64,000 nucleotides of DNA from Camelus ferus (GCF_009834535.1 NC_045697.1:116748001-116812000), one strand, 5' to 3'; positions 12,743-25,700 are shown, counted from the stretch's first letter. A program made the numbers and translations. Notes: generated by a model from the sequence alone, not told the origin.

Positions 12743-13159
12743 CCCCCTACTCTTCTTCTCTTTTTTTTCCTACCCTTAATAAATGACCTCAGCACAACTT
12801 CACGGAGAATACCGTCTTTCCTTTTGGAACGCCTTCAACTTATAAAACCATAATCACTGCATCCAAGCCCACTCTTCTTTTCCTCCCCCTCTTAGGGGAA
12901 GAGTCAGAAATCTGCTTGCTCAGCATGAAGTTCAGCCGGTGTCCTGCACTTGTGCCCTCCCACTGATTTTCACTTTTTCAGGTCTCTTTTTCTCTCCTGA
13001 ACGTTCCTTTGATACTCTCTACTGAATCTTTTTGCTTCCGCATAAACATGCAGACTCAGTTCCATCCTTAAGCCCTCAAATGCTCTTTTTCTTGGCCATC
13101 TTCCATGCAGGTGTCCTTAGTCACTGTTCTAGTTCTGCATTTCCCAGCCCAGATTTAAA

Positions 13160-14360
13160 AAATAGACTTTATTTCTCAGAGCAGTTTTGGGTTCACAGCA
13201 ACATTGAGTAGAAAGTATAGAGGTTTCCCATCAGCCCCCTGCCCCCACACATTATCACATCTCCACCAGATAATACATGTGTTACCATCAATGAACCTAC
13301 ATCGACACATCATTGTCACCCAGAGTCCATAGTCTGTAGCCCACAGACTACCGTCCATAGTCCGTTGGTGTTGTATGTTCTGTGGGTTTTGACAAGTGCA
13401 TGATGGCATGTATCCACCACTATAGCATCATACAGAGTATTTTCACTGCCCTAAAATTCTTCTGTGATCCACCTGTGCATCTCTTTGTCCCTTCAAACCC
13501 TTGACAACTAATAATATTTTTACTGTCACCATAGTTTTGCCTTTTCCAGACTGTCACATAGCTGGAATCATACAGTAGATCACTTTTCAGATTGGCTTCT
13601 TTCGCCTAGTAATACACCAATAAGGTTCCTCCACGTCTTCTCATGGCTTGATAACTCATTTCTTTTTGAGTGCTGAATAGTGTTCCACTGTCTGGATGGA
13701 CCACAGCTACAGTAGGGTTTACCTGCTGAAGGACATCTTGGTGGCTTCCAAGTTTTGGCAGTTATAATAAAGCTACTATAAACATCCATGGGCAAGTTAT
13801 GTGGACATAAATTTTTAACTCTTTTGGGTGAATACCAAGGAGTATTGCTGCTGAATTGTATGATAAGAAAATGTTTAGTTTTATAAGAAAAACAAACTGC
13901 CCTCCAAAGGGGCTATTTTGCAACCCCAGCAGCCACGACCGAGAGTTCCTATTGCTCCACATCCTCACCAGCGTTTGGTGTTGTCAGCGTCCTAGATTTT
14001 GGCCAATGTAATAGGTGTGTAATGGTGTCTCATTGCTGTTTTAGTTTGTATTTCCCTGATGCTATAGAATGTGAAGCATTTTTTCATATGCTTGTTTGCC
14101 ATCTGTATATCTTCTTTAGTGAAGTGTCTTAAGGCATTTGGCCCATTTTTAAATTGGATTGTTTTCCGATTCTGGAGTCTTCAGCCTTCTTTGTACATTT
14201 TGGATAACTGTCCTTTATCAGCTATGTCTGCCACACATATTTTCTTCCAGTCTGTGGCTTGTCTTTTCATTCTCTTGAAAGAGCCTTTTGCAGAGCAGAA
14301 AATTTAAATGTTAAGTCTCGTTTATCGACTCTCTTTCGTGGATCGTGCCTCTGGGGGTGA
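13160..14360 (-). mobile_element. Old L1M 3' end
   Basis: Degenerate ORF2 C-terminus on the minus strand (TAKTWKPPRCPS; LLGIHPKELK). Confidence 0.85.
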
Positions 14361-14399
14361 GCACCAGTCTGTCTCCTTAAAGGAGGGCTTCTGCCTCCA

Positions 14400-15610
14400 G
14401 GATGCTCGTCTTCATGGCTTCCTCAGATCTGTGGAAGGTGGGTCAGGCCTCCCACGCTACTGAAATTGCTCTGACAACTGACAGAGCTTAACAGTGATGC
14501 TTTCTCTCTGGTTGTCAAATCCAGTGGTCCTTTTCAATATCCTCTGACTCAGCGTTTCTGCTTCATTCCACCAGATGAGCTAATCCTTTGGGACTCTCTC
14601 CCCTGGTGGACACAACGACCCTTCGTGGCTGTTTCTCACTTTGGCGTCTCTCTCTCGGCATCCTTTGCAGCCTCCCTTTCCTCTCTCCACCCTTGATGTT
14701 GGCATCCTCCTCTCTTCTTGTTTCACTTTATATCCTCTCTTGATTTACTTCAATCCATCCCCACGGTTTTAGTTACCAAGAGTTTATCAAAGGCTCAATA
14801 ATACGTGACCCCAGCCCAGGTACCTCCCCAGAGTTCTAGTTTGTTATACTAAATGCCTAGGGAATATTCTAGAAAGAACTTCGCCTCAAATTGGATGTGC
14901 ACAGAGCAGAACTTAAGTCCTCTGCACACCGGTTCCTCCTGCTTTCTCCTCTGTCTTGATGGACCCGCCCCCTGATTATTCAAGCAACCGAGAGTCCCGG
15001 GAGGTGGCTTCAAATCCCTTCCTTCCTCCCTCACCTCACGTTCACTGCTGTGTTTTGTTTTCTCAGTATCTCTCTTTTTTTAAATAAATTGAAGTATAGT
15101 CAGTTACAATCGGTCAGTTACAATGCATCAATTTCTGGTGTGCAGCACAATGCTTCAGTCATACATATACATACACATATTCATTTTTGTATTCTTTTCC
15201 ATTATAGGTTATATTTTCTTAGTATCTCTTGAATTAATCTTCTTTCCCCCTTCACAACCAATAACATCTCATGACTGTGCTAGTTTCTCTTCTGTCCTAC
15301 CCAGAATTTTTATCTTTGAGTGACCCTTTAAAAAGAGAGCTGAAAACATTGATTCCTGCTTAAAATGCCTCAACGGCTCTCCATCCCTTTCAGGATAAAC
15401 TGCAAACTTCTGAACAGGCATTCAAAGCTCTGATGACATGGCCCTTTCCTACCTCCCTATTCTGAGCTTCCTGTCTCCCCAACCTCGTCCAGTGTTTCAG
15501 TTTTAGTCTGCTGTCCTTGCAGCTCCTTGAATGTGTCCTGCACTCACTGTGCTGTTGCCTGCTGCCTGGGACATGGTAAGAGCACTGTAAATATTTGTTG
15601 ATGAATCAAT
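14400..15610 (+). mobile_element. L2 remnant containing a short L1 3'-end insertion (15075-15212, minus)
   Basis: Pyrimidine-rich L2-like text ending aaatatttgttgatgaat; the insert is flanked by ttttctyagtatctct repeats. Confidence 0.65.
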
Positions 15611-16194
15611 GTTGGTAATCCCTTATCAAAAAAAAAAAAATCCTTTACTCCTTCTCCAGCTGGCTAATTCCTACCACTGCCTTCAAGACTTGCTGTAAGG
15701 TTCATTTCTTTCACAAGCTTTTTTTCACTCTGTTTTGCTCCTTCTTCTGTACTGGTCTGGGGTTGTTAGAAAAATGTCCCCTTTCCTCCAAAAATATGTC
15801 CTCGTCCTTGTCCCTGGAACCTTCGAAGACGCTAGCCGGTGTGGTGAAAGGGGCTGCAGACGTGATGAAGGCTGGGCCCCCTGACATGGAGAGGCTATCC
15901 TAGGTCGTCACCTACTGAGAGACAAATCCATGAAACAGAGCGAGTGCTGGTGGTCTGGGAGCTGTCCAGCTGACCCCTGTTCTCTCAGGATAGAACTGCT
16001 GTGGGTCCGCTCTCCAAAAGCTCATCTTACTTGTTCACGAAGTGTATCAAATAGGTTAGAACCAAATGAGACTAAAGATGTTTTCAGAAAGCCAAAATGC
16101 TTAGAGCAGTGAAGACCCAGGAGCCAGGATGGTTCTAACCATCAGGAGCCCTTTGGTAAGTCAGTCTATCGTCTTCTATTTGTAGAAAAGGGAT

Positions 16195-16221
16195 GTGTGT
16201 GTGTGTGTGTGTGTGTGTGTG
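16195..16221. repeat. (GT)n microsatellite
   Basis: Direct reading. Confidence 0.95.
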
Positions 16222-16233
16222 TTGGAATGCTCA

Positions 16234-16428
16234 TCCAGTACTGTTCAGTAGACATTTCTGTAATGATGGAAATTTACCATATGTGCACTGGCCAGTGCAG
16301 CAGTTACTGGCCGCATGTGGTCACTGAACACTTTAAATGTGCTTTGGGAATCAAGAGGTAAATTTTAAATTAAACTAAAGTTTTTCTAGCCACGTGTGGG
16401 AAGTGGGTACTGTAGTGGACACTGTAGC
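16234..16428. mobile_element. MER3-like hAT-Charlie element
   Basis: ttctgtaatgatggaaat...ggccgcatgtgg...ctagccacgtgtgg; internally palindromic. Confidence 0.7.
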
Positions 16429-17844
16429 TTCCATCAGCTGGAGCTTGATTTCATCATCTTGGCATTTGACCTTCCCAATTGCTTCTACTTGAGAAACAGC
16501 CCTTTGGGCTTACTGCCACCAGAGATGTGCTTCAGATACAAATGCATCTGCACCTTGGCTGGGGAGGGCACATGCCTTGGGCAGAGCTATGCCTATCTTA
16601 TTTATTGCCAATTGTCAAAAAAAAAAAAAAAAAAAAAAAAGGAATCACAATGGTGCCCCGCCAGCCACATGGTGGTTGGTAGGAGAAGGGTGACTCACAG
16701 CACTCTGGGATGTGCTAGTTCCTTTTTGGGGGGGTAACCAGTTGGTGATGGGATCAGACCCACCATGAACATCTCAGAGGTGAGGGGAAACTATGTGGAG
16801 GATGCAAGGACCCCAAAGAAAACTTCAGCTTGTTGAACCCAGAATTTCTCAAGCTTAACTGACTCTAGAATGCATTTCCACCTGTGCACGTGAGGTACCT
16901 TCCAGGAAGCACAGAGCTGGTGCCCCGGGAGCACACTCTGGGGAAGACCCCTCTCTAAAAGTGTTGGTCGCTGCTCCTACCATCAGTCGTATTTCTAGCC
17001 ACTCCATTAATGGATCTTTCTGCTACTTTCTCCTTTGCCTTCTTCTGTCCGATACCTGGGACTGTCAAGAGCATCCTGGGGCCCTGGTGAGAAGCATTGT
17101 GCCTGAGGGATCAGAACCATTGCTCGTACTACTGACTTTTGCCTTTGGCACCTGTTTGAGGCCCATCTAATGTATGCCGTGTCTGCTTGGTCGTGGACGG
17201 CTACCGGGCACACCCCGTAGGATGGCTCAGTGAGTTACACGGCGCCCATGATGGGCATCTCATGTAACTCGATGTCTTGATAGAGGTTGGTTTTCAAAGT
17301 TCAAGGATTTCTGACTCTGGTTCATTTCACTTACAAACTGAACCGAAAAAGAGCAAGGGATTCTTTTTAAATATGCAACACTGAAGATGCCTGCAGAGTC
17401 GACTTCTCTAGTGTGTAAGCATTTTACTATTTCACAGCATAGTTAACTAAATGGAGCACAGTTTTTCACATCCAGCTTTTCTATTAATATCCAGCATATC
17501 ATTAATCCATGTACTTAGTTTATCTTCAGACTTGCAGAGCAGTCTCTCTCACCCCTGCTCAGCCAAGCAAGATAAGGGGCTATAATTATAGGAAAATGTA
17601 TCCTTTTTAGAGTCAAAATGTTCCCTGCATAATTTTTTTTTTTTTTTTTTTTGGAAAACAGACACAACTACAAAGTAAGCCAGATTGCCTTTTACCTTTG
17701 CCAAATTATTTATCAAAATTTCAAAGGCCATGCTGGGCTAAACAAATGCGAGAACGAATTTGATTTCATGTTAAAATATTATAGCTTACACTTAAAATAA
17801 GTATCTAAAATTTATTGAATTGGAGGAAACTTTAGTAAAAGTAA

Positions 17845-17941
17845 AGTATTTTTTTTTTGGTCTGGTTAAAGCTAAGATTATAACAGAATACTCGTATCTT
17901 TTTATATCTCATTATGCTTACTGCCAGGACTCCAGAAAAGA
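17845..17941 (+). pseudogene. Pseudo-exon, Nexin_C end
   Basis: NRILVSFYISLCLLPGLQKR followed by gtaagc, resembling SNX13 NRRMVYVFLEGFLETLFPQ. Confidence 0.35.
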
Positions 17942-18467
17942 GTAAGCAAATCTTTTTCCTTATTTATTTTATTATTATTACTTACTGAGCACCAGTATGT
18001 CAAAGGGCTCCCTGGGCAAAGCCGGCGGGAAAGAATTCCACCTCTACCTATGTGCAGATTATCCAGATGTCTTTAATTTTTAAACTCATCAGTCATTCAT
18101 TTTGGTTCTTACATGCTCTTAAGCTATTACTATAATAGATCAGAAGTCACACTTCCTTGTCATAAGACTCGTAAAATATTTTGGATGGCCTTATTACTAG
18201 AGAGCATACTTTTTATTTACCATAAATCTTGAACTTAGACAATTATGTGATTCAGACTTTTTCTGAAAAGTTAATCTAAACACACCGAGTCTCTTATTTT
18301 ATGGGAATTTGAATCATGTAGATTGACAGCCAAGTAACATGAAATATTAATGAAGTCTGTCTTTATGAAAAATGTTACCTAACGTGTGCTCTGTGTGGTA
18401 TATAAAAACAAAGAATAATTTCAAGGCTAGTCTGGCAAGTGACTTGCAAACTGTGTTTACACTGCTG

Positions 18468-18482
18468 CCACACGGTGGCGCC
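18468..18482 (+). promoter_or_regulatory. CTCF-like motif
   Basis: CCACACGGTGGCGCC with retained CpGs in an AT-rich context. Confidence 0.4.
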
Positions 18483-19257
18483 ACTTCAGTCAATAAACAG
18501 AAACGTCCATCACTGGCTCAGCATCCTGGGAGCCCAGCTTTTGTTTATGGAATACAGTCTTCCTTGAGGGACGGGGGAGGCTGCTGTTATTTTACCATTC
18601 ACTGTTATCATGATTTGAAGTATTTCTGGGTCCCACAAGGAGGCATCCAAATATTATCTAAGTGGTGGTATGTCTTTTAATGCTGAGAAACAAGTTTAAA
18701 ATCAGTACCTTTGGAAAGGAAGTTAGATGCGGTGAAATGCTATGAAGAATTCCTCATAACTGTCCTTGTATATGATGCATATTTTGGAGAGCTCTACAAA
18801 ATATCAGAGGCCATATTGCAAAGATTAAAATGAGACATTAAAGCAAAAAAAGTACTTTTTTTTTGGTAAATTATTCATCTTAGGTAGATATTCATCTCCG
18901 CCATAGCCTCAATTTGGGAAAACCAGGCTTGAATCAAAGTTTTATCAAAGCTTTGATGTATTCGTGGGAGAGGGTGAGCTACGTGTCCTTCTGCTCCGCC
19001 ATCTTGGCCAGACTTCACCACAGTTTTGAAACGTGCTAAGTTTTCAGAAACTTGTCACTTGTGTGAAATGCTACTTTCCCAAACCGGAAGATTTCCAAGT
19101 TTTTATTTAAAAATTAGGAAGTTGCTTTAAAGGTAGAAATTTGGAGATAGGAAAGAGGAAAGGATGGTGTTGGTTTGAGCAAGCCAGTGTTTGATACCCT
19201 TCTGCCTTCACAACGGTCCTGTTTATTTTTCCATTTCTAATATCTGCTCTGATGCAG

Positions 19258-19359
19258 AAGATTGACTCAGAGAATAAGTCAGTTGACAAGAAGAAGAGAG
19301 AGGATGTAAAGACAGGAAATAAGGAAACTACTAACCCAGAGAGCTTCTGCACCAGAGAG
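19258..19359 (+). other. Candidate 102-nt exon (possible C-terminal tail of the pseudogene, or a lncRNA exon)
   Basis: Pyrimidine tract plus cag acceptor, open purine-rich frame KIDSENKSVDKKKREDVKTGNKETTNPESFCTRE, donor GAG|gtagac. Confidence 0.35.
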
Positions 19360-19867
19360 GTAGACATAGAATCTTAAAGAAACGAATAATACAGATCTCC
19401 CTACACTCACTTTCATGTTCTTAACTTCCCCACGCCAAGCCCTAGTTATCCCACTTGCATAGCTCTTCACCAGCGACGTCCCCATGTAGGAAGATTTTAA
19501 ATGTCAAGGCGGCTCAATATGCTATTGTTGACATGTTTCTTCATGGACATTTTAGCTATTAAAGGTGGTCAGTGTTTTCTCCCCTCAGTGTATGCTAGGG
19601 GCTGACACTGAGATGCTGTCTGACTACTCTAACACTTGCAAAATATATGCCTGGGGGCTATGAGTAAGTGTCTAGAGGTGTGTAATAAACATGACCATCT
19701 TACTTCCTGAATTAACAACATGCCCTATGAATGATAGAGAGGTGATGAAATAAGTTATGGTTTACATGTTGAGTACCCTTGGAAAGCTGATTTAATCTAA
19801 TTCTGTGGAGCAGTGGGGTTTCCTGGAGACATTTTCTGGACTTATCTCTCATTTTTATTTAGTACAT

Positions 19868-20305
19868 TGCTTAGTTTGGATTCCTCCAACAGATGAACCT
19901 TTGGGGGAACCCAAACTAACAAAGTGGGAAAGAGAGAGAAAAAAGAACAGCCAACAAAGTACATGTTAATGAGCTAATGAGCCTATTGTGAGCAATTGGG
20001 GTTCAGCCTTGTGGGGACCACTTTGAACAACTCTACGGAACACCCCTGGGCCTGTCCCTCTGGGGGACGGGAAGGTTGCGGCATTTATCCCCCAACTCTC
20101 ATTCTTTATTTTTTGAAGATGGTCTTACCTCTTCAGCCCTCTAGTACTTCCTGGTCCCGTGGGGTCGAAAACAACCTCAAGCATAGAAGAGAGACAGACC
20201 CTCGAGGTGAGGTAGGTGGGAGGTTAGTGTCCCAGGTCCTGTGGACCTCAGCCTCCGGTGCACTCCGGTGGGCTGAGGGAGGGTTCCAAGTGCGGCACTG
20301 ACCTC
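19868..20305. mobile_element. Old ERVL-type LTR (LTR16-like)
   Basis: agtttggattcctccaacaga...gcatttatcccccaactc. Confidence 0.45.
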
Positions 20306-20449
20306 ACATGCGATGTGCACAGTGCCAGTATTGGATCAACAAAAATCTTAAACCCTTAATGATTCACACACACATTATTTACTAAGAATAATCTCATCAT
20401 TTCTTTACATATATTTCCTTTTATGTAACTTAATTTTTTAATTTGGAAC

Positions 20450-20620
20450 TCAATTTAACATTTTGTTATTTTTTAATTGATATATAATCAGTTTGATTTC
20501 TACTATATAGCACAGAGAACTATATTCAATATCTTGTAGTAACCTGTAACCAAAAGGAACATATGTATGTACATGTAGGACTGAACTATTACGCCGTGTA
20601 CCAGAAATTGGCACAGCATT
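20450..20620. mobile_element. Short L1 3' end with internal inversion
   Basis: Extreme 3' terminus on the minus strand (20450-20495), abutting adjacent 3' UTR on the plus strand (20498-20620). Confidence 0.65.
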
Positions 20621-21744
20621 AGATTTCCTTTTAGATTGATTGCTCTCCCAGCCAGCTTGGCCCCAAAGCATTATATTGGTTTCCCCAGGCATTTCTCAGT
20701 ATTTCCTAAGTGTTTTGGTCTTAGAATTCCTCTTCAAAAGAAGAGTTCCCAAAATGTATGCAACATCAGGTCCTAAACCTGTAATATAGCAAGAGTTTTT
20801 CCTACAATGACAATAGAGGGAATTTGTAAAGGGTCTTTAAAAGAAAAGACACGTTTGACACATCCAGTTTTATGAAGCCAACAACTCCTTTAGACATGTG
20901 TGCAACATATAGAAGGAAATCCTTCAGAATGTTTATTTTTAATATCTGGATTACTAAAGATTCACTTAATCTTTATTTTATGTGTTACGTGCTAATTTAA
21001 TGAATCAAAATGTGCATTATTAAGGAGAAGCAGACTATGGCGGTGAGTGGGAAGCGGGTATCTTTCCTGCCTTAACTCAGTACCATCTTTAACAGCAAAG
21101 GCTCTTCTCGAGTCTGATTGGTTTAATGGAAAAATAACGTTTGTGAAATCTCTTGGCTACTAAATATTTGGACTTCTTTAGTATGGATAATAAAGGAAAT
21201 TTACCCTTTAGATTTCATTCTGCTTTTATGGGCTTCTCCATTGCAATGAGAAAAAAAAGTCCATTCTTACGTATGCCCTGTGGTATAAGGACCAATCAGC
21301 GGAGGGAGACAGCAGAAACGCTCCCTCTCACGTTTATTCCGTCTCCATAGCAGGGGCTGAAACAGCTTGTAATGCACCAGGCCCGGACCGCTCTCCCCAC
21401 TGTTCTTCTCCGTTACTACTTATGTACATAATTAATTTATTATCTTTTCATACTGTTGTTGGATTAAATTTCTTACTCATTTTTTTAAGTCATATTCTAA
21501 TCAAATTTAAGAAGATGAACACTACATCAAACCCAACATGATCTGAATGATTTTACCTTGCTTCCCACCCTGAAGATGTTCTCTAGGAGATCCCGGCCCT
21601 TCTCTCTTCAGACTTTTCACATTACAGGCTTATGCCTTCCTCCCTTGGCCTACTGCCATCCTGCTTTAAAATCTAAAATCTCTGAAGCTTCAGCCCAAGT
21701 TCTGCATTTTCACTGACAGCTTCTATTTTAAAATTAAAAAAAAA

Positions 21745-21907
21745 TTTTTTTTATTTTTATTTATTTATTTTCTACTTGTAGGAGGAAGGTAATTAAGTTT
21801 TTAAATAATTTATTGTTTATTTATACAGAGGCACTGGGGATTGAACCCAGGATCTTGTGCATGCTAAGCACGCGCTCTACCACTGAGCTCTACCCCCCAC
21901 CCCCTCC
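21745..21907 (-). mobile_element. tRNA-derived SINE, vic-1-like
   Basis: Reverse complement reads agctcagtggtagagcgcgtgcttagcatgcacaagatcctgggttcaatccccagtgcctc (A and B boxes) plus an A-rich tail. Confidence 0.9.
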
Positions 21908-21961
21908 ACAACTTCTTCTGATAGAAGCCCACACAGATTCCTCCCTCTCTAACTCCCTTCT

Positions 21962-22116
21962 TATCTTTTTTTTGTATATATATATATATATATATTTTTT
22001 TTTATTGTCATATAGTCAGTTTACAGTGTTGTGTCAATTTCTGGTGTACAGCACTATACTTCAGTCATACATGTACATACATATATTCGTTTTCATATTC
22101 TTTGTCACCATAAGTT
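21962..22116 (-). mobile_element. Short L1 3' end with (TA)n and TSD
   Basis: taactcccttct on both sides. Confidence 0.8.
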
Positions 22117-22199
22117 TTAACTCCCTTCTGGTTGATCTCTGTACTATGTAGACTCTTGTGCTTTTCTACTGTCTAACGGTTTAAGTGAGAAACTTCAGA

Positions 22200-22325
22200 A
22201 CAGTGATCCTCTAGTCTTAATGTGCATGACACTTACTTGGGAAGCTTGTTGAAAATGCAAATTCTGTTGTCCCCTCAGATACTTCTGTTGAAGGCACTTG
22301 TGGACTATACCCTGAGAAATACTGT
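22200..22325. mobile_element. MER5-like hAT element
   Basis: cagtg...gcttgttgaaaatgcaaattctg...tgagaaatactg. Confidence 0.6.
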
Positions 22326-24104
22326 TTTGGTTTTTTTTTTTTTTCTTTAACATATCAAGCTATAATGTACTCATTCTTTTTATGATAAATAAAATAATAA
22401 CATTATCCTCCCTGAGTTGGTTGATGAGTTGATAAAAGACCAATCTTGACCCCTGCTGGCGAGTAACTAAGCCTTGACCCTGAGATGGTTTTGGAATCTC
22501 AGAGAGCAGATCTGGGGTGGAAACTACTGGTTGCCAGATAGATGTCTCTTTGGATTATAGAGAATCATGTCAGTTTAGAGTCAACATTATCCACTGACAG
22601 ATACCTTTCAACAGATTTATTGGAAAGTTTCCTCTTTCTCTCCTGTAATATGTTGTCATCATCTCCAGATAACAAGTGTTCCAGTCCTGGATGGGAGTAA
22701 ATTCTTCTGACCCAAGATGGAGCTCATCTTGTTGGTCTGAGACTCCATTTCATAAAAACAGCAATTCAGTAAGATAGCTAAACCTAGGTGAAGGAAAATG
22801 ATGAAATTCAGGGGCAAAATCTTTAAAATCCAAAGAACAGGAAGACAGAGTAAAACTATAAAATTAGGCTGATTTTCCACTCAACAGGCTCAAAGCAAAC
22901 CTTCAATATGTGCTTGGCAGCTTCTTGTCTGTTTATTTTTGCTTTCTATCACGAAAACGTGATTAAAATATGGTACAGCACCTTTCTTTAAAGCAACTAC
23001 TTCGGATGATCTGTTCTTCCAGTCTATCTGTACACCTCAACTCTTACTTCAGTTATTCCTTTCAGCAAGTCACAAGGGGCATACAACTGCCCCACAGTCT
23101 TTTTTCTCCCCTTTTGATTCTTAATTCAGAATTCATGGCTTAAGGTTTTTATAGTAAATTAAAAAATGTTTTGACATAAAAATTTCCAACTTTCTCTGTT
23201 CTCTGCTAGCAAAAAGTAGTACCATCGCTTCATGACTTAAGTTTTATTTTTTTCCATGTCTCTTATTATATGGTACTATAGATTATATTGTTATCCCTAA
23301 GTAAGGCATTTAAAAGTTAACCTTTAAAGATGTACTATATCATTTCTATTCAGATAAGAGAAAGGACTCAGTGACCCATTTCAGGATGAAATTTACTTAA
23401 GGAAAGAAAAACATGATGTTCTGAGTCAGTTAAAATATGTACAAATCTGCTCCATGTATCATTTTGGAGTGAAAGAGAGAAGGAAGCAGTGGTCTATAAT
23501 GTTTGTCCCAGGTACTGAATGCTAAGTGCAGCATGGGAGAAGTCATTTCAGATCTATGCTTCATGATTATTGGGGTGTGCTGAGCGGGATAGTCAGGGGA
23601 CAGTTACTGAGTCATTAATTTGTAAAGTAGGAACGGTGTGGGGACAGAGGACAAGGCATTGGTGAGAATGTGGCTATTGGCTGTCAGAACAAACAGAAGG
23701 AGAATTAACAGTACAGCTTATATCAAGGAGGGCTGACTCTGCACCCGCCCCTCCAGGGCAAGAGAAGTTAAGATGGGAAATGGAACATGATCAGAAGGGA
23801 ATTGAAAACATAAACCTACTTAGCAACTATGCCGAAGATCAAGAGATACTGATTTGGGAATTTATCCAGACTGTCTAAGCAGATGTCTGATCAGCACGAG
23901 GTGGTATAAAATTCTAAATGGCATTCTTGTGAACGTGTATGAATAATCAGAATGATTTTTGCAGGGCTGTTGTACATTGTACACTTTTACTAAAAGTTCA
24001 AGATTGGGCTTGATTCCTCTCATTTAGGCTTTTATCGGTTCAATTCAACAAAAGACCACAGAAATACTATTGGATTCCAGGCACTGCCCTGGCATTAAGA
24101 ACAC

Positions 24105-25700
24105 AAATCATTGCTGATGAAAATTAAGGCAGACCTGAAAAGATGGAGAGATTTACCATGTTCATGGTTCAGAGACTCAGTATTGTTAAGATGTCATTTT
24201 CCCCCACGTCCCAAATAATCTGTAGATTCGAGGCAATTTCAATTAAAACCCCAGGAGATTTTTTTTTTGTAGAAATTGACAAGCTGATTCTAAAATTCAT
24301 ATTGAAACACAAAAGGACTAGGGTGAGTCAAACCATGTTGGAAAGGATAATTGGAAGACATGCGCTACCTGACTAAAGAACTGTTGTAAATCTACGGTAG
24401 TTAAGACCCTGTAGCAACGGTGGCCAAATCGACCCATCAGTGGGCCATAATAAAGGGCTCAGAAATAGACTCACATATGTATACGGTTATTTGAGTGTTG
24501 ACAAAGGTGTCAAGGCAGTTTCAATGGAGGGAAAAACAGTCTTGTCAACAAACGGTGTTGGAACAATTAGATATCCACGTGCCAATCAATGAACTTGGCA
24601 CAATATAACAAAACGCATACGGCAAATTCATACCTGACGCAAAACACAAATACTAACTCAAGCTGGATTATAGACCTAAACAGAAAAACTACACCTATGG
24701 AATTCTAGGAAGAGATCTTGTGATCTTGGGTATTTTAGACATGACACCAAAGATGGTGACCAAAGATTTCTCAGATACAATACCAAAAGCAACATCCGCA
24801 AAAGAACAGATTGATTAATTGGATTTAGTCAAAGGTAAGGACTGCTCTCCCAAAGGCACTGTTAACAGAGCAAACCAGTGAGCCAAGAACTGGGAAAAAT
24901 ATGTGCGCTACATGTATCTAATGAAGTGTGTCTACCCAGAATACGTAGAAAGTATTCAATACTTCATAATAAGAAAGTAGTCAACAGATTTAATAGATAC
25001 TTCATCAAAGATTTATGAGTGGCAAGTAAGTATATGAAAAGATGCTTATCATCTTGTAAATTAAATCCACATTAGGATACTAATTAAGATCCACTATCAT
25101 TGAAAAGGCTACCTGTGTCATGAATCGGCAAGGGTGTGGAAAAACTGGGACTCTCATAAACTCCTGGTGGGCGTGAACAGCAGTACACCCATGTAGGAGA
25201 GCAGTTTGGCGACAGTTAAACATTCACCTACCATATAATCCAGCCATTCTAACCTAGGACAAGAGTCACGAAAGCATGTGTTCATACAAATATTTCAAGA
25301 CAAACCTTCATAGCAGCTTGGTTTGTAATAACCAAAGACTAGGAACAGCATGAATGTTTAATAGGTGAATGACTAAACAAACTGTGGCCTAGCCATGCAA
25401 TAGAACAATACTCAGCATGGGTGAAACTCGAGATCATTATCCTGTGTGAAAGAATCCAAACAAAAAAGATTATGTAGCATATGATTCTGTTTACGTAAAT
25501 TTCTAGGAAGTGACTGAGGACAGAGGAAAGGCCATTGCAGGGGAACAGGAGGGTGGGTTTGTCAGTGAGGCACCAGGATCCTTTTGGGAGTGATGGATGT
25601 GTCCTTTACAGTCCATTGTGATGACGGTTTCTCAGAAGCATAAATATGTGAAAACATATAAACTGTGCACTTTAAATATCTTACTAAAGCTGATTTAAGA
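24105..25700 (+). mobile_element. Old L1M ORF2 3' part plus 3' UTR
   Basis: ORF 24143-24376 contains LSIVKMS...FEAISIKTP..FFVEIDKLILKFI. Confidence 0.85.

Larger units (their letters stand above)
61..19359 (+). pseudogene. Degraded unprocessed pseudogene of an SNX19/SNX13-like (PXA-PX-Nexin_C) sorting nexin; the 5' end may lie upstream of the window
   Basis: Colinear frameshifted or stop-containing fragments. PXA end at 1260-1393. PX at 4828-5452. Post-PX 'KDILKRSF' from 5949. Nexin_C-like pieces at 9549-9825, 11808-11970, 12254-12325 and 17882-17941. Many are bounded by polypyrimidine-AG acceptors and GT donors (gtaagt at 9618, 9826, 11971, 12326). Confidence 0.7.

Noticed and set aside
22500..22785. 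Minus-strand exon-like stretch after a cttcacctag acceptor
   Set aside because: Stops in the frames examined, no recognisable homology and no partner exons.
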